In this document: positions 61,166-64,000 of the stretch, piece after piece
How the letters are laid out: every line of letters begins with the position of its first letter
How positions within the stretch are numbered: the stretch's first letter is position 1
NCBI GenBank assembly: GCA_035084275.1
Contig: CM068746.1
Coordinates: 39,432,001 to 39,496,000, forward strand
DNA length: 64,000 nucleotides
Reading direction: 5' to 3'
Origin: Hydrolagus colliei
Taxonomy: Eukaryota
The notes under the pieces: model-generated
The model's database searches: none
What the model was told of the DNA's origin: nothing
Seen by the model: only the letters and a program-made list of their open reading frames with translations
Translations under genes and position numbers: made by a program

Positions 61166-61719
61166 CACACATCTAGTTATAATGCTGGGAGAAGTGCGCC
61201 CCTCAGAAGGACAAATCAGTTTTTGAATGTCAACACCTCGATTGCAAATCAGGCACGTCTCGCTGTCTCTGGAAATCAGCAGGTTCACCCTAATTACGCG
61301 TGATATCACTTCAACAAAGGCAAGAATTTGATACTAATAAATTCTTACAATCTTTTGCTACCATAAGGTGATAGGAAATTATGATAGACCGTTGTATTTT
61401 CATGAATTTAACATAAATTACATTTGGTTCGTACAGATACACAGCTCCCTGTCAACATTTTTATTGTTAATATCTTACTTACATGCATATTCCATCACCC
61501 AGTTACTTGTAAGATTTTCACTCGCATTTAAATTGAATTTCACAGCGGAATTACATGGAGTATTTGCCTTGAGACATCTCAAAGTGTTTCACAGAACTTT
61601 CACTGTCAAGTGGATTGACTTTGTATTTTGGAGGCAAACACAGCAGCCAATTTCCCCACAGCAACAACCCACAAACAGCCATGGAGTGAGTGACCAATTT
61701 CATCTGTCGGATAAATCTT

Positions 61720-62080
61720 GAAGAATGCGGTGGACAGCTATTTGATAGGTCAGGGTATTAAGGGATTCAGGGCAAGGGCAATGAATTGGACTTGAGGTAC
61801 AGATTGCCTATGATCTTTTAGAATGGTGGAACTGGCTCGAGGGGCTGAATGGCCTACTCTTTGTTTCTTTGATTGTTGCTCAGGGCACTGAGAGAAAATC
61901 TTGTTTCTCAAGACCGCCCAACCATCGGCGGCCGGGCTTTCAGCCTCTCTGCCCCCACACTGGAACTCCATCCCGCTGCCCCTCTGCCTTGCTTCCTCCC
62001 TTTCCTCCTTCAAGGCCAGTCTTAAGACCTTTATCTTTGACCACACAAAGAGTTAGTGGCTCCCCCACTAACTCTTTTGC
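61720..62080 (+). mobile_element. CR1 3' end (61720-61870) followed by an L2 fragment (61905-62080)
   Basis: GGGGCTGAATGGCCTACTC hairpin; TIGGRAFSLSAPTHWNSIP peptide. Confidence 0.8.
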
Positions 62081-63249
62081 CCCCACAAAAAACACAGGGA
62101 ATCTACCTTACGGTTATATAGTGTGAAGAGCTTTGAGACATCTCAATGTCATGATGAGGCACTATGTCAACTGCAAGGATTATTATCTTTATTGTAATGT
62201 GAGTGTAAAGTTCAGATGTAAAGGTTGAACTCACAACCTTCTGAATACCAAGGCCAAAGTCCCACCAATTGAGCCAGGTACAGTAGTTACTTCTGTAGTT
62301 AGGTAACACCTGACTCCTCGGAGGGTAGGACTTTGAAAAGCACCTCCTAGGAAGTTTGGCGAATGTTCATGAGGCTGTACAGAGCAAGATGTGACAAACT
62401 GCCCAGGGTTGCATCAGAATAGTACCAATAAGCATTGTCTCTTTGACACATTTTTTGTGACAATCCATGCATGATTTGACTGAAGAGAATCCTTTTGAGC
62501 GCTGGATGCTCTGGGCAAGAGGAGGAGGAAAACAGCATTGTTAAACAGGGATTTAGAAACATTTCACATGAGTTATAATCCAATAAACCGAAGACAAGAC
62601 TGCCTAAATCTGACTACCGTACAGCAAACCTAATCTTGGTGGCAATTAGGGGTGGGGGGAGATGTGACAGCCTGAACCAGGAAATATTAGGCAACTCCCC
62701 TTTCGACCTTCTTCCTGAAGAAAAAGAATAGTAAACCTTGCATTTGATGTTGCACTTTATCACGTCTTTGAGAAGTCTCAATTGAGTCTCAGGGTGGACT
62801 GATTGAGTTCCACGTCCCGATGTGGGGCTCAAACTCACGATATTCCTACTCGGAGGCGAGAGTATAATAACAATAATAACCTTTGCATTTGATATAGCGC
62901 CTTATCGTGCCTTCGAGACATCTGAAAATGTTTCACAGAATTCACTGTAAAGTGATTTGACTGTATTTTGTGGGCGAGTGTGCCACAGACTTATTAATAA
63001 CCATGGTGTTTGATATAGCACTATTAATAACAGTGCCAAGATCAAGTGCGACGTTTTTGCGCTGTGAGCCCATACTTACTAGGGATCGGATTGAGACGAC
63101 CCCAGTCTCCTTCAGGGCATAATCCCATCATAGACAAAAGATGTTCACTCCCATCCCACCGCATTAAAACACTCCCTTTGTCCCATCGTCCCAAAACAGC
63201 GAACACAGTAATACTAATTTAAATTAAATTAATTAGTGCATTGGAAAGC

Positions 63250-63303
63250 TCCGGTTCAAATGGATGTTCCCATTAACAGTGTGCCCATTAACTGGCGTCT
63301 ACA
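63250..63303. mobile_element. Possible Tigger/pogo-like terminal fragment
   Basis: Repeated CCCATTAAC subterminal motif ending GGCGTCTAC; the other end was not found. Confidence 0.3.
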
Positions 63304-64000
63304 AGAGATTGCTTAACATATGAGCTCTGAAATTTCATTACCAGCCTTGCCGCCGGGGAGAGTTGCCTCAATGAGCTGACACAGCGAATCGCTTGACGTC
63401 CCCTCGTACCCGGGTAAATGCCCTACTTTGAACAAAAGGTGTCTTACAAATGGGATGTGAGATGGAGCAAATTGAGCAGGTGGATTAGGTTAGCTGGGAG
63501 TGCAACCCAAAGGTTGGGGGGGGTGGGGATCCAGGGAGGGGAGGAGAGAGGAGATATGTGGCCATTGGGCAAAGGAGAAAATAAACGAGACAGCAAAGTA
63601 ATAAAATGTTTTCCGTGTTAAAGGTATAAATATTTATTAGGAAAAATGCAAATATCCAGAGCTCTAGGCTATTTTCTGAAAATTGTAATTGACCATGCGG
63701 TATAGTTAAAGTGTCCGCCTTCTCTCTTTCCCTGCTCTCCCCCCTCCACCCCCCCCTCCGCCCCACACACACACATACACACTCTTCCCCCGTTGGCCCC
63801 CTTTCCCTTCCTCCTTCCTCCCTTCCCTTGCAATCTAAAGAAATTTGTCTTGATAATGCTATAATCCCAGCAAATCCTTTGGCTGGTTTGACAAGACATC
63901 ATTGAATCAGGGGAGAAAAAAATTAATCTATCAGAGGAAATCCAAATCTCAGACCTGGGAGATGTAATCTAATCAAAATAGTGGAAACTAACTGGTCCAC

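Noticed and set aside
1-64000. The many 60-160 aa ORFs in the supplied track as genes
   Set aside because: They are short, often start at non-ATG codons, and recurring peptides ([21 protein letters not shown]) are translations of the SINE tail; the only recognisable peptides are L2, CR1 and Penelope remnants
1-64000. Recurrent ~30-60 nt motifs as a CRISPR-like array
   Set aside because: Spacing is irregular (hundreds to thousands of bp), both orientations occur, and each motif sits inside a SINE or LINE tail

Overview
This window is vertebrate non-coding DNA, either a long intron or intergenic. The repeat set strongly suggests a cartilaginous fish, most likely a holocephalan such as Callorhinchus (inference from repeat types only). 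I recognise no host protein-coding gene, rRNA, true tRNA or CRISPR array. The ORF track is almost all noise or decayed retroelement peptides. The window is dominated by dozens of tRNA-derived SINEs in three families that share one 3' module ending in an L2-LINE-type stem-loop and (TTA)n tail. Family A has a tRNA-Ala-like head plus a CORE/Meta-like domain, family B is an internally shortened young derivative of A, and family C has a different tRNA-like head plus a Deu-domain. Between them lie 5'-truncated L2 and CR1 LINE fragments, two Penelope-like fragments carrying minimal hammerhead-ribozyme motifs, a hAT-type MITE, an AmnSINE2-like relic and a dispersed repeat family I cannot assign. Several repeat-free islands look like enhancers or conserved non-coding elements. 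The best leads are the Penelope hammerheads, the unassigned repeat family, a near-identical inverted SINE pair with a diagnostic 14-nt duplication, recurrent tail-only L2 insertions into SINEs, and weak exon, microexon and recursive-splice candidates. Boundaries are approximate (about +/-20 bp unless a target-site duplication, TSD, is given). Family names come from remembered consensus features, not from database searches.
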